Source: a virus (lineage: Duplodnaviria; Caudoviricetes). From it: a stretch of DNA of 58,421 nt. Both the position numbers and the translations under genes were made by a program. Positions 9,716 through 19,441 of this stretch are shown piece after piece. The first letter of the stretch is position 1. Each line of letters opens with the position of its first letter. The stretch covers positions 1 to 58,421 of the IMG/VR virus record IMGVR_UViG_3300032284_001308, one strand, 5' to 3'. A model generated the notes under the pieces. It saw only the letters and a program-made list of their open reading frames with translations, was not told where the DNA came from and ran no database searches.

Positions 9716-10183
9716 ATGGCCGGTTCGTCAATGACATTTACGGTTGACGCTGGACAGGCCACGTATGCTCCCGGAGCGCGTGGCCACTTCCGGCGACTGA
9801 TCGTCAACTGGACTTCGGATTCAGCAACAGGCGCCGTCACAGGGACGACTGCTAATGCCAATGGGTCGCCGATGCGATTCGTCGGTCGAATCATCCGTGC
9901 GATTACTTACAACGGCGCGGCGGCTCCGACAACTGGGTATTCGATCACGCTGACGGACGCCAATGGACTAAACATCCTCGGGAAGTGTCAGAGCACATTA
10001 TCGACAGTAGCGTCAAACGGATCAGGATTAAGTCCTGTTCAGACATATTTCTTCCTGCAGGATGCAACAGGAACGCCAGTCACTCAGGCGTCGCTTCCGA
10101 TCATTTTCGACACGATCACGATTGCGGTGGCAGGTGCCGGAAACTCGAAAAACGGCGTATTAATCCTGACGATTGAGGAATAG
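9716..10183 (+). CDS. Putative virion structural protein
   Basis: Beta-rich ORF in head cluster with RBS. Confidence 0.6.
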   Translation: MAGSSMTFTVDAGQATYAPGARGHFRRLIVNWTSDSATGAVTGTTANANGSPMRFVGRIIRAITYNGAAAPTTGYSITLTDANGLNILGKCQSTLSTVASNGSGLSPVQTYFFLQDATGTPVTQASLPIIFDTITIAVAGAGNSKNGVLILTIEE

Positions 10184-10186
10184 CCC

Positions 10187-11029
10187 ATGTTTGGCAGTTG
10201 GAGCGGTCGACCGCCGTTCAAAACGCTGACGACGGACTATCGCCGAATCACAGAACCGTCCGTGGAACCGATTTCCATTATCGAAGCCAAGATGCAGGCC
10301 CGTCGCTCACCCGATGAGTTTGCAGAGGATTCGATGTGGGGGATTTATGTCAACGCGGCACGCAACCAAGTCGAAGTGGATGCGTGTCGCGCGGTGTGCT
10401 GGCAGCGATGGCAGCTATTACTTGATCGATGGCCCGACATTTTTGAGCTGTATCGATGCCCGGTGATTGCGGTGGAATCCGTCAAATATCTCGATCTCGG
10501 GGCAGATCCTGGAACATGGCAAACGGTTGACCCCTCGGTTTACACAGTCAGCTATTCCGAACCGTGCCGAATCACGCAGGCGTATGCTCACTATTGGCAA
10601 CCGAATCGTTTTCAGATGGGATCGATCTCCGTGACATTCACGGCGGGGTACTTGATTCCATTCACGGTCGATATCAATGCGGACACACTCACATTTACCG
10701 ATTACGTCCCAACGAATGGGGCGTCCTTCCGAGTCAGCAATAGCGGTGGGGCTTTACCAACTCCATTGGTGGCAGGGCAAACCTACTATGTCGTTGGCAC
10801 AAGCGGAAACACCTGTCAGCTTTCAACGACATCGAACGGATCTGCAATCAATTTCACCTACGCGGGATCAGGCCAAAACTTTCTCGGAACTCTTCCGGGT
10901 GGGTTGAGAATGGCGATGTTGAAACATATCGCGACGAACTTTGCTGATCGTGAAGGTTCGAGCATCGCGGCAGATTGTGAACGGTCGTATTTGCAGTCTC
11001 TTCGTGCTGTTCAGTATGCGGTGTTGTGA
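10187..11029 (+). CDS. Head-tail connector (gp6-like) with inserted domain
   Basis: EPISIIEAK, PVIAVESVKYLD, VTFTAGY, LRMAMLKHIA..FADRE. Confidence 0.85.
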   Translation: MFGSWSGRPPFKTLTTDYRRITEPSVEPISIIEAKMQARRSPDEFAEDSMWGIYVNAARNQVEVDACRAVCWQRWQLLLDRWPDIFELYRCPVIAVESVKYLDLGADPGTWQTVDPSVYTVSYSEPCRITQAYAHYWQPNRFQMGSISVTFTAGYLIPFTVDINADTLTFTDYVPTNGASFRVSNSGGALPTPLVAGQTYYVVGTSGNTCQLSTTSNGSAINFTYAGSGQNFLGTLPGGLRMAMLKHIATNFADREGSSIAADCERSYLQSLRAVQYAVL

Positions 11030-11388
11030 TGTTGCCAAAAAGCAAAATAGCGAACGCTGCGGGGCCAAGGAATAACTACATCCAGGTATATCGCGTTTCT
11101 GATTCGGACGCGAATGCAATTGGTGAAGTGCTTCCTCAATACACGAAACTTTGTGATCGGTTTGTGAGTGCGAAGATTACTGGCGGGACAGAGTTTTTAG
11201 CGGCAATGCAGCAACAGCCAAAACTGACGTGCATCCTCGAACTTCCCTATGACTCGGTGACAAAAACGATTCGTTCAAGGGATCAGATTCGCGACGAAGG
11301 ACGAATACAGCACATCGACCGTGCGACGAACCAAGGCGAGAACAACGAAAAGATTGTGCTCTGGATCATAGAAGCGGTGGCGACCTAA
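11026..11388 (+). CDS. Head closure / head-tail joining protein
   Basis: Position after connector; DAIGE, GTEFLAA motifs. Confidence 0.75.
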   Translation: MMLPKSKIANAAGPRNNYIQVYRVSDSDANAIGEVLPQYTKLCDRFVSAKITGGTEFLAAMQQQPKLTCILELPYDSVTKTIRSRDQIRDEGRIQHIDRATNQGENNEKIVLWIIEAVAT

Positions 11389-12029
11389 TGTCTGAAGTCA
11401 TTGGAATGCACGACCTGATCACGTTTCTCAAGGAGTTCCCTGAGAACGTGCAACGTCGTGTCTGCCGAATGGCACTGAAGAAGGCAGCGGCGATTGTTGT
11501 CGCGGAGGCGAAAAAGGAATATCCGAAAGCTGCAAAACTGGGTCGGATCTGGCTGAAGAAGGGGTTCTCAATACCCAAGACCTATCATACGGCGGACATG
11601 ATTACGAACAAAGCATGGAATAAACCTGATTACTCGATGCAGTTGATCAGTACCGCCAGCGGATATGGTCGGTTGAATCATCTTGTCGAGGACGGGACGG
11701 CGGATCGGTTTCATAACAGTTTCACGCCACTGAGAACAATGGTTGTCGGTACACGTATCAAAAACCGTCGAGTGAAGCAAGCCAACGGCGGTTACAAGAC
11801 CGTCAAGGAAGTCGCAAGCCAGTCCATTCGGCGAGGCCAAGGAAGCCGAGACAGACTGACGGGAAGTAAGTTGCGTGAAGGACGTGGAAAGTACGTAGGC
11901 CGGATGCCAGCACGACATCCGCTCGCACGAGCCATGTCAAACACTTCGATGCAGGTACAGGACATTATCGCCACGGAAGTTCGGGCTGGTCTCGACCGTG
12001 AAATTGCGAGGAATAATTCATCGACCTGA
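11388..12029 (+). CDS. HK97 gp10-like tail completion protein
   Basis: ALKKAAAIV, HLVEDGT, MPARHPL..A. Confidence 0.75.
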   Translation: MSEVIGMHDLITFLKEFPENVQRRVCRMALKKAAAIVVAEAKKEYPKAAKLGRIWLKKGFSIPKTYHTADMITNKAWNKPDYSMQLISTASGYGRLNHLVEDGTADRFHNSFTPLRTMVVGTRIKNRRVKQANGGYKTVKEVASQSIRRGQGSRDRLTGSKLREGRGKYVGRMPARHPLARAMSNTSMQVQDIIATEVRAGLDREIARNNSST

Positions 12030-12086
12030 TCGCGTCGGATTCGTCCGCAGGGTTTGGGTGTTGGATTCAGTTAGGGGTTATTTGTT

Positions 12087-12533
12087 GTGAGCGGTATCGC
12101 AGAAGCAGCAGTCGTGTGGAAACTCAAGTCCGCGAATACAAACGCGGGTACACGAGCATTCCCACGCATCGCTCCTGAAGGCTCCAGCAAAACCCCGTAT
12201 CTCATCGTTGATCGCCCTCCAGGTCAGCAGAACCCGCAAATCAGCACGGGACCATCATTTCTCAAAATTACTCCAATGACGGTCTATTGCGTCTGTGACG
12301 AGAAGTCTGGCGGATACATCGCGTCTCGCGCTCTCGGGCGACAAGTTGAAGCGGCACTCAATCCATCGAACGTCACCGGATCGGTTCAGTGGAACGGAAC
12401 CTGGATCGATCATTGCGTGGTGACGCAGACGTATGAGGCGAGTGCTCCACCACAATTAGCGGACGAAGTTGGTTGGCCTATCGAGGCAATAGATATCGTT
12501 TTGTACCACCTTAATTGCGACAGTTCGGGCTAA
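12087..12533 (+). CDS. Tail terminator (DUF3168-like)
   Basis: RAFPRIAPEG..TPYLI; precedes tail tube genes. Confidence 0.7.
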   Translation: MSGIAEAAVVWKLKSANTNAGTRAFPRIAPEGSSKTPYLIVDRPPGQQNPQISTGPSFLKITPMTVYCVCDEKSGGYIASRALGRQVEAALNPSNVTGSVQWNGTWIDHCVVTQTYEASAPPQLADEVGWPIEAIDIVLYHLNCDSSG

Positions 12534-12548
12534 TAAAGGAATTTCCAA

Positions 12549-13019
12549 ATGACAGCGGAAGCATTTACACAGGGCACGTTCTACGGTGGTCTCGCCGCTC
12601 TCACGACGGGAACTACCCTGATCGGCAATATCGTCGCGATTACTCCACCCGAGATGTCTCGGGAAGTGATCGAAACGACCGTTACCTCAACGGGTGCGAA
12701 CGGTATCAAGACGTTTATCGCTGGTGACCTCAAGGACATGGGCGAGATTAGCGTCACCGTCCAATACAACACTCAGGTTGATTATAACGCACTGATGGGC
12801 GCTCCGTCGTCGTCATTGACGGGATGCGACACTATCACCGTAACGTTCCCCAAGCGCGGGACGAGTTGTAACGGTTCCCTACCAACATCTGCGGCGACAT
12901 GGGCCGCTTCCGTCGTGACGACCAAGGTTTCACCGAAATGGGACTTCGAGTCTCAGATGGTTGTCACGCTCACGTTCAAGGTTGTCGGCATTCCTACATA
13001 CACGGCAGCGGTCGTATAA
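12549..13019 (+). CDS. Tail tube protein paralog 1
   Basis: ITPPEMSREVIETT, FIAGDLKDMGEISV, TLTFKVVG.P. Confidence 0.85.
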   Translation: MTAEAFTQGTFYGGLAALTTGTTLIGNIVAITPPEMSREVIETTVTSTGANGIKTFIAGDLKDMGEISVTVQYNTQVDYNALMGAPSSSLTGCDTITVTFPKRGTSCNGSLPTSAATWAASVVTTKVSPKWDFESQMVVTLTFKVVGIPTYTAAVV

Positions 13020-13037
13020 TCCAGGAAAGGAACAAAA

Positions 13038-13508
13038 ATGGCCAATCAGTCATTTACTCAAGGTACGTTTTATGGTGGCTTGGCGGCACTGACGACCGGC
13101 ACAACCGTGATCGGAAACATCGTCGCAATCACGCCGCCGGAAATGAGCCGTGAAGCGATTGAAACGACATACACGACCACGAGCGCGAATGGGATTAAGA
13201 CTTACATCCCAGGCGACTTGAAGGATATGGGGGAAATGTCAGTGACGTGCCAATACAACACGCAACTCGACTACAACTCCCTGTTCGGTGCTCCTTCAAC
13301 GACAAATACCGGCTGTGACACAATGACGGTGACGTTTCCAAAACGGGCAACGACCTGTGGCGGTTCTGTCGCATCGTCGGCGGCAACATGGTCCGCCCCG
13401 GTGGTCATCACCAAACTAAGTCCCAAATGGGAATTCGATTCTCAAATGCTGATCACAATGACGTTCAAGGTGATTGGTGCTCCGACCTACACGGCGGCAG
13501 TGGCCTAA
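13038..13508 (+). CDS. Tail tube protein paralog 2
   Basis: Highly similar to paralog 1. Confidence 0.85.
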   Translation: MANQSFTQGTFYGGLAALTTGTTVIGNIVAITPPEMSREAIETTYTTTSANGIKTYIPGDLKDMGEMSVTCQYNTQLDYNSLFGAPSTTNTGCDTMTVTFPKRATTCGGSVASSAATWSAPVVITKLSPKWEFDSQMLITMTFKVIGAPTYTAAVA

Positions 13509-13526
13509 TGCTGAAGGGCGGAAGAA

Positions 13527-13973
13527 ATGTCGCAGGCGTTCACGCAAGGGACATTCTATGGTGGCGCGGCAGCACTTTCCACGAATACGACGTTACTCGG
13601 AAACATCGTGGGCGTGGATACCGCTCCCGAGTTTTCTCGTGAAGTGATCGAGACGACGAACTCACGTAATACAAACCTTTGGGCGACGTTTGCAGCGGGC
13701 GATATCAAGGACGCGGGTTCGATCTCGATCACATGGCAATACAACACTCAGCTTGATTATGGAATCCTGTTCAACACTGGTAACGATGCGATTCAGATCA
13801 CGTTTCCAAAGCGTGCGACGAGTTGCGGCGGATCAGTAGCGACTAATGCGGCGACATGGACGGCTTATGTCGTGCTGGAAAAGTTGAGTCCGGCATGGAA
13901 GTTCGATCAGCAGATGGTGATTACAGGTACGTTCAAAATTAGTGGGCAACCCGCATTTGTTGCGGCGTCATAA
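13527..13973 (+). CDS. Tail tube protein paralog 3
   Basis: Same motifs, more diverged. Confidence 0.85.
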   Translation: MSQAFTQGTFYGGAAALSTNTTLLGNIVGVDTAPEFSREVIETTNSRNTNLWATFAAGDIKDAGSISITWQYNTQLDYGILFNTGNDAIQITFPKRATSCGGSVATNAATWTAYVVLEKLSPAWKFDQQMVITGTFKISGQPAFVAAS

Positions 13974-13974
13974 A

Positions 13975-13990
13975 TTCCACAATTGTGGAA
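13975..13990. repeat. Perfect 16-bp palindrome TTCCACAATTGTGGAA
   Basis: Read directly, 1 nt after stop of tube gene 3. Confidence 0.8.
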
Positions 13991-14064
13991 AAACAGAAGC
14001 GGGATTGGCAGTGTGACACGGTTCGACCGCCGCATTGCAGATCCTACAAACCAAAGGACTGACG

Positions 14065-14505
14065 ATGATTCTTGACCGGCAATTGGTGATCTCTGCGGAT
14101 GATTCTGATTTCGAGTATGTCGATGTTCCCGAGTGGACTCCGAAAGGGTCTGCGGAAGTGGCTCAAGTTCGCGTCAAGTCGCTCAGTGGCGATCAGCGGG
14201 CGAGATTTTGGGCACGGATTGACCAGGACAAGAAAGGTCCGGTCAGCGGCAACGCCTACGCTCTGGCGTGTGCGATGGGAATGGTCGACGACAAGGGGGC
14301 GTATCTGTTCCCGAACGAAAACGAAGGGGCATTGCTCCTCGGCAAGAAGCATCCAGAAGTGATCGAACGGATTGCAGGCAAGATTCTCGACATGTCCGCG
14401 ATGACGAAAGCGAGTCGTGAGGCACTGGAAAAAAAGTCACAGGAGATGACGAACTCCAGTGGTGGTACTTCTTCGCCAGAACCGTCAACACCGGCTATGG
14501 AATGA
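14065..14505 (+). CDS. Tail assembly chaperone (gpG-like)
   Basis: VDVPEW, VRVKSLSG, VDDKGAYLF; between tube and tape measure genes. Confidence 0.85.
   Translation: MILDRQLVISADDSDFEYVDVPEWTPKGSAEVAQVRVKSLSGDQRARFWARIDQDKKGPVSGNAYALACAMGMVDDKGAYLFPNENEGALLLGKKHPEVIERIAGKILDMSAMTKASREALEKKSQEMTNSSGGTSSPEPSTPAME
14430..14436 (+). other. -1 programmed frameshift heptamer A_AAA_AAG (G/GT chaperone)
   Basis: -1 frame open from site (KVTGDDELQWWYFF...) into ORF 14502-14747. Confidence 0.85.
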
Positions 14506-14747
14506 ACGTCAAGTCGCTCATGCGGGACACTCCGTCTGAGTGCTTTCAGGAATGGATTGCGGCCTACAAAAACGAACCGTGGGGCGATGACTGGCAGCAG
14601 ACGGCGGATATTGCGTGTGCGGCGATTAACCCGCATATCAAGAAACCGCTGACACGGGCCGACTTCATTCCGTTTGCAAAACAGGCAGTCGGAATGACGG
14701 ATTTGGATGAGATGGAAAAAGCACTCGCCAATATGTGCGTGAGGTAA
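14502..14747 (+). CDS. Tail assembly chaperone gpT part (frameshift product)
   Basis: EWIAAYKNEPWG motif; -1 frame relative to gpG. Confidence 0.8.
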   Translation: MNVKSLMRDTPSECFQEWIAAYKNEPWGDDWQQTADIACAAINPHIKKPLTRADFIPFAKQAVGMTDLDEMEKALANMCVR

Positions 14748-14750
14748 AGC

Positions 14751-17303
14751 ATGGCTGGAAATGTCAGCGGCAGCGGTTCATCGGGCTTAGTGATTCCATT
14801 GGCAATGGACACGAAGCAACTCCGCGCTGACGTAAAGGATGCGGCGGCATATCTCGAATCGCTCAAGACCGATCTCCAGAAGGCTGAAGAACGTTTTCTC
14901 GCATCGCAGATTCGCCTGAATCATCTTCGTGATACAGGGCGAATAAATCCCGAGCAGTACGAAAAACTGCATGTGATGAATCAGGCGACTCTACATACCG
15001 AATCTGGACGGGAAGCACAGGAACAGGCGGCACTTGCCCAAGCGGAAGCATCTGCAAAGCGGATCTCGGATGCTCGCGTTTACGTGAACATGGAACTCCA
15101 GAGATTGGAACAAGAGAAGGCAGCACAAGCGGAACTATCTGCCAAACGACTCTCCGATGCTCGGGTCTATGCTCAGCAAGAAATGCAGCGGATGGAGGCT
15201 GAAAAGTCATCGCAAGATGAAGCGTCAGCCAAGCGGCTATCTGACGCAAAAATCTATGCGAACTCCGAAATTCAACGCATGGAAGCCGAGCAAGCGTCCC
15301 AAGCGGAAGCATCCGCAAAGCGGATCTCGGATGCCAAGATTTATGCACAGCAGGAGATTCAGCGGCAAGAAGCGGAAAAGGCGGCGGCTGCCGAACAATC
15401 CGCAAAGAGATTGTCTGATGCCCGCGTTTATGTTCAGCAGGAACTAGCAAGAATCGAAACAGAGCAGTCGTCGGAAGCGGAAGCGTCAGCCAAAAGATTG
15501 TCCGATGCGAAAATTTACGCAACGTCAGAGATTCGACGCATTGAGCAGGAAAAGGAAGCGAAGCAGAACGCGGACAATGAACGTCGCTCCGCATTGAAAA
15601 TGGAAGTCACCGAACGACTTAACGCAATGCGACTCGAAGGCGAAAACCTCAAGTGGCAATTCTTGACAGAGCAGGAAAAGTTCAATCTACGCCGACAATC
15701 CGACATCGAGCACCTGGAAATGCTCCAGCGTGCCGGCGCATTGACGGACGCCGAAGTCAAGAAGATGTCCATGCAAGCCGGGCGTCTCGGTCTCGGAAAC
15801 ATTCCCGGCGACAATAACGCCAACAACAAAGGGTTCCAAGGTGCGATGATGGCACAGCAACTCGGCTTCGGGTTGCAAGACTTCATGTCACAAGTGTCGA
15901 ACTCAAAAAATATGGTTGACGGTCTCGGTCGCGGCATTATGGCCGTGTCGAACAACGTCCAAATGCTCGGTTCTGCGTTCGGTCCCACTGGATTGGCTGT
16001 GACGGCAATTGGCGGTGCTCTGGCTGGGATCGTATTACCTGCTGCGATCAAGTGGCTCTATAACACCGAAGAGATCGAAAAAGAAACCAAAAAGATCGTC
16101 GATCATTACGGCGTTCTTGCTGATCGCATGGAAGCGGTTACGCGGGTTCGAATGGATCAGCCCGACGCATTAATCGCGGAAGCGAGACAACTCGAACACA
16201 TCGCATTGCTGAAAGAACAGCAAGCCCGTGCCGAGACGCAGCGAACTGCCGAACAACGGAAAAAACACGACGACCTGATTGCCGAACAGCAACGCGATGA
16301 AGCTGCCGTCAAACGTGAAATCGAACGCGGAGGAATGATCGCCCACCCCGAACTTAACGAAGAGGCTCTTGCGGCACGAAACGCGGCAAGAAAAGTTAAG
16401 TTCGATGAGATGAAGCCCGAGATGGATGCGGCAAACGAACGCATCAACAAACAGCAGCAAGAAGCCATCGACGCTCGTGCGAAACTGAATCAACTTGCCG
16501 GTGACATTGAGATCGCAGAACGCCGAAGTGTCGAACTCGAAATCCGCAAACTGTTAATGGATCAGACAGCGGAACAGGTGCTCGCCAATCAGAAACGACT
16601 GGAGGACACGCGGGATGTTCTCAAGCTCGAAATCAAATTGTTTGAGCAAGCGGCGGCAGATGAAACTGAAGTCGGCAGAAAAGCCCGTGAACAACGATTG
16701 TCTGACCTTAAACGAGATGCGGAGCGGAACGCGGAAATCCTGGCGACGGTGCAACGACGCGCCAACGCAGAAGCAGCCGGAAACCGTCTCGCCGAAGAAC
16801 GCGACCGCCAAGAAAAGATGATGCTTGCTGCCGAAAAAGACATGAAGAAGATGGCGCAGGCGGAATTCGAAAAGTTCGTCGACAACAAGTTCGACGACCC
16901 CGAACTTCGCAAACAGGATCAAGCACGCGAACGTGACGCATTGGCCGCTAAACAGGCTCGGGAAGAAAAAGAACTTGCTCGACGTGATCGAGTGTTGCCG
17001 CAGGACCAGCAAGACGCGGCGATGAAACTTCTGAAGCTGCAACAGGACGCCGAACGTAAACGGTTAGATGTGAAGCAGAAGGAAGAAGATATCTCGAAGC
17101 TCAGCCCACTCAATAAGGGTGCGGCTGGCGTCGATGTGAACTCTTCCGAGGGCGTTTCGGCAATCAACCGTGCCGTCTCAGGAACGCGATCAGAGCAAGA
17201 CGTGCAAAAGCAGCAGCTTGAAGAGTTAAAGAAGATTGCCGCTGACATGAACGAACAAGCCAGAAATGCTGCGGAGTCAATTATCGTTCAACTCGGTCAA
17301 TAA
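14751..17303 (+). CDS. Tape measure protein
   Basis: 850 aa, helical Ala/Glu/Gln-rich, QLGFGLQDF and hydrophobic segment, after chaperones. Confidence 0.9.
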   Translation: MAGNVSGSGSSGLVIPLAMDTKQLRADVKDAAAYLESLKTDLQKAEERFLASQIRLNHLRDTGRINPEQYEKLHVMNQATLHTESGREAQEQAALAQAEASAKRISDARVYVNMELQRLEQEKAAQAELSAKRLSDARVYAQQEMQRMEAEKSSQDEASAKRLSDAKIYANSEIQRMEAEQASQAEASAKRISDAKIYAQQEIQRQEAEKAAAAEQSAKRLSDARVYVQQELARIETEQSSEAEASAKRLSDAKIYATSEIRRIEQEKEAKQNADNERRSALKMEVTERLNAMRLEGENLKWQFLTEQEKFNLRRQSDIEHLEMLQRAGALTDAEVKKMSMQAGRLGLGNIPGDNNANNKGFQGAMMAQQLGFGLQDFMSQVSNSKNMVDGLGRGIMAVSNNVQMLGSAFGPTGLAVTAIGGALAGIVLPAAIKWLYNTEEIEKETKKIVDHYGVLADRMEAVTRVRMDQPDALIAEARQLEHIALLKEQQARAETQRTAEQRKKHDDLIAEQQRDEAAVKREIERGGMIAHPELNEEALAARNAARKVKFDEMKPEMDAANERINKQQQEAIDARAKLNQLAGDIEIAERRSVELEIRKLLMDQTAEQVLANQKRLEDTRDVLKLEIKLFEQAAADETEVGRKAREQRLSDLKRDAERNAEILATVQRRANAEAAGNRLAEERDRQEKMMLAAEKDMKKMAQAEFEKFVDNKFDDPELRKQDQARERDALAAKQAREEKELARRDRVLPQDQQDAAMKLLKLQQDAERKRLDVKQKEEDISKLSPLNKGAAGVDVNSSEGVSAINRAVSGTRSEQDVQKQQLEELKKIAADMNEQARNAAESIIVQLGQ
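15036..15557 (+). repeat. Six tandem 87-bp (29-aa) repeats in tape measure
   Basis: SAKR(I/L)SDA(R/K)(V/I)Y repeated six times. Confidence 0.9.
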
Positions 17304-17314
17304 GGATCGTCAGG

Positions 17315-18313
17315 ATGGCCGTTGTTTCATGTAAAGAACTAGACCTGAAAGGAACGAGGTCGTGGCGTGTCGCACTCCTTGAGGGAACGACATGTCGGCG
17401 CACTTTTCAAATATTCACGGACTCATCGGCGGATACTGAGAACGATGTGTTCCATGGGGCACAGTCTGTCGGACCCGATAATCTTCCATCGCCATTGACG
17501 TTCTTTCCTGGATCGTCAATTTCTCGGGCGTACCAGTATGACGTGTCGCGGGACAAGCTATCTTCTAAGGAATGGATTGTAACCGTCGACCACAAGACGA
17601 TTTTCAATCAGCAGGAACTCGACAGAAACGCGAACGTCGATCCAACACAGCGACCGACCCGAATTAGCGGTGCCTCACGAACAATCATGATTCCGGTGCG
17701 TGCGTGCTTGCGGGCGGGGCCATACAACACATACCCAGCATCTCCATCATTCACAATGGCATTGGCGAGAAACTCAGCCAATGATCCTCTAGATCCTCCG
17801 ATTGAAGTAGCCTCAACAGAATGGGAAATCCATTGTGAAAAGAATGTTGGATCGCTGCCGTCGTGGATTCTGACGTATGGAAACGGAGTAAACACGGCAG
17901 ATCAAGTTGTCACAATCATGGGAACGCCAGTGACGATCCCTAAAGGGTGCGGCAAGCTATCCAATTTGACATTCAGCGACAGGAAACAAGAAAACGACAT
18001 CGATTTCATCACGCTAACATGGAACGTGACGGTGCGAGTTCCGAGACAAAAGTTCGCCACGGAATCGCAAGTCCCAAGCCCGTGGGATGAGGAGCGTCTC
18101 GATGAAGGCACAAAATCCTACAACACATCAACAAACGCATGGGATAATTTCGTCGATTCAAACAAACACACTACAATAACAACTCCAATTCCGCTGGACG
18201 GCACAGGGGTTCCGATCAATACATCCGGTTCACCAATTGCGGAAACGGCGTTCCAGAGATATTGCTATCGGCCATTTCCGCAAGTTAGTTATTCAGTAAT
18301 TCCGTGGGCATAA
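17315..18313 (+). CDS. Putative tail tip/distal tail protein
   Basis: Directly after tape measure; NSANDPLDPP, IPLDGTG. Confidence 0.6.
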   Translation: MAVVSCKELDLKGTRSWRVALLEGTTCRRTFQIFTDSSADTENDVFHGAQSVGPDNLPSPLTFFPGSSISRAYQYDVSRDKLSSKEWIVTVDHKTIFNQQELDRNANVDPTQRPTRISGASRTIMIPVRACLRAGPYNTYPASPSFTMALARNSANDPLDPPIEVASTEWEIHCEKNVGSLPSWILTYGNGVNTADQVVTIMGTPVTIPKGCGKLSNLTFSDRKQENDIDFITLTWNVTVRVPRQKFATESQVPSPWDEERLDEGTKSYNTSTNAWDNFVDSNKHTTITTPIPLDGTGVPINTSGSPIAETAFQRYCYRPFPQVSYSVIPWA

Positions 18314-18326
18314 TAGGGGTTTTATC

Positions 18327-18800
18327 ATGGCATCTGGATTGAGCACGTCACAGACGGTTTTGCAGGCTGGTGCGGTAGGCAATTTGCACATCAGCAATCA
18401 GGCGTTAGACATCATTGGAACGGACAAGGTGCAGCCGACATACAAGCATGGAACGTGTTTCGGTTTTGCAATAGGCGCAACGCCAACAACACGAGAAGAG
18501 ATCGTGTATGTTGCTCAGTCGACGGGAACGATTCGCGGACTTAACGCACTCCTGAATAATACTGGATCATCAACGGCGGTGACGTTTGACTTAAAGAAAA
18601 ACGGAACGACCGTGTTGTCGGCGACAGCGTCCGTTACCAACTCCGATTCGTCGAAGGCAATTAAAACAGGTACGCTGTCCGTGACAACATTTTCCGCTGG
18701 GGATGTGTTTTCAATTGCCATGACGGTCAGTTCGTCAACTGGCGCTCAGGGGCCGTATGCGTGGGCGACATTAGTTGAAGCGAACGCACCAACAAGCTGA
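18327..18800 (+). CDS. Putative tail protein
   Basis: Beta-rich, TFDLKKNGTTVLS, FSAGDV. Confidence 0.6.
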   Translation: MASGLSTSQTVLQAGAVGNLHISNQALDIIGTDKVQPTYKHGTCFGFAIGATPTTREEIVYVAQSTGTIRGLNALLNNTGSSTAVTFDLKKNGTTVLSATASVTNSDSSKAIKTGTLSVTTFSAGDVFSIAMTVSSSTGAQGPYAWATLVEANAPTS

Positions 18801-18808
18801 GGTGTGCA

Positions 18809-19441
18809 ATGACGGACGCAACGCAAGGGGCGATGTTCACGGTTCCGGATGCACAGCGGATTAACCGGACTGTTGGCGCGGTCGAGCATCAATTGATGCC
18901 AATTCGACCAAATATCGGCACGCATAAAAATCTAACGCCGCAAACATTTTGGTATTGGGCGAAGCTCGGCGGTGATCTTCATGCGGGAACACTCGAAAGT
19001 CCGACAACATTCCATTTCGATGTTTGGGTTCCCGATCCAACAAGCATGACAAACCCAAAGGCGTTCATAGTTTCTCCAGATTCAACGCTTGTAGGAGTCG
19101 CTGGCACAAACAGATCTCCATTTACTGCGAGATCGGGCACTGTTATTAAGGTTGAATATTCTTATGGCGAGTGGTCCCCAAAATGGGAACCGACGGTGTG
19201 GTATTGGGGTAAGACGACATCGGCAATTGCTGCGGCAACATCCCTATCGGTTGCGTCGACATACACTGCCGATTTATGGCTTCCCACTGGAACCAGTGCT
19301 GGCGGAACCTATGCCGTTTCAAGTATGACGAATTTGACAATCCAAAATCGTGACCCAAACTTTTCAACTACCACGACTGGATTAACGGGTCGCTTTGAGT
19401 TTGCGTGGTATGAGTGGACGGGGCTAATCGGATGCGGATGA
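18809..19441 (+). CDS. Putative tail protein with internal duplication
   Basis: DAQRINRTV; two WYW.K...NR.P...EW units. Confidence 0.6.
   Translation: MTDATQGAMFTVPDAQRINRTVGAVEHQLMPIRPNIGTHKNLTPQTFWYWAKLGGDLHAGTLESPTTFHFDVWVPDPTSMTNPKAFIVSPDSTLVGVAGTNRSPFTARSGTVIKVEYSYGEWSPKWEPTVWYWGKTTSAIAAATSLSVASTYTADLWLPTGTSAGGTYAVSSMTNLTIQNRDPNFSTTTTGLTGRFEFAWYEWTGLIGCG

Noticed and set aside
12549-13973. DGR-like template/variable repeats
   Set aside because: No reverse transcriptase; differences are synonymous, not adenine-specific
14430-14436. Frameshift as a novelty
   Set aside because: Real, but the well-known lambda G/GT mechanism; listed as a feature only
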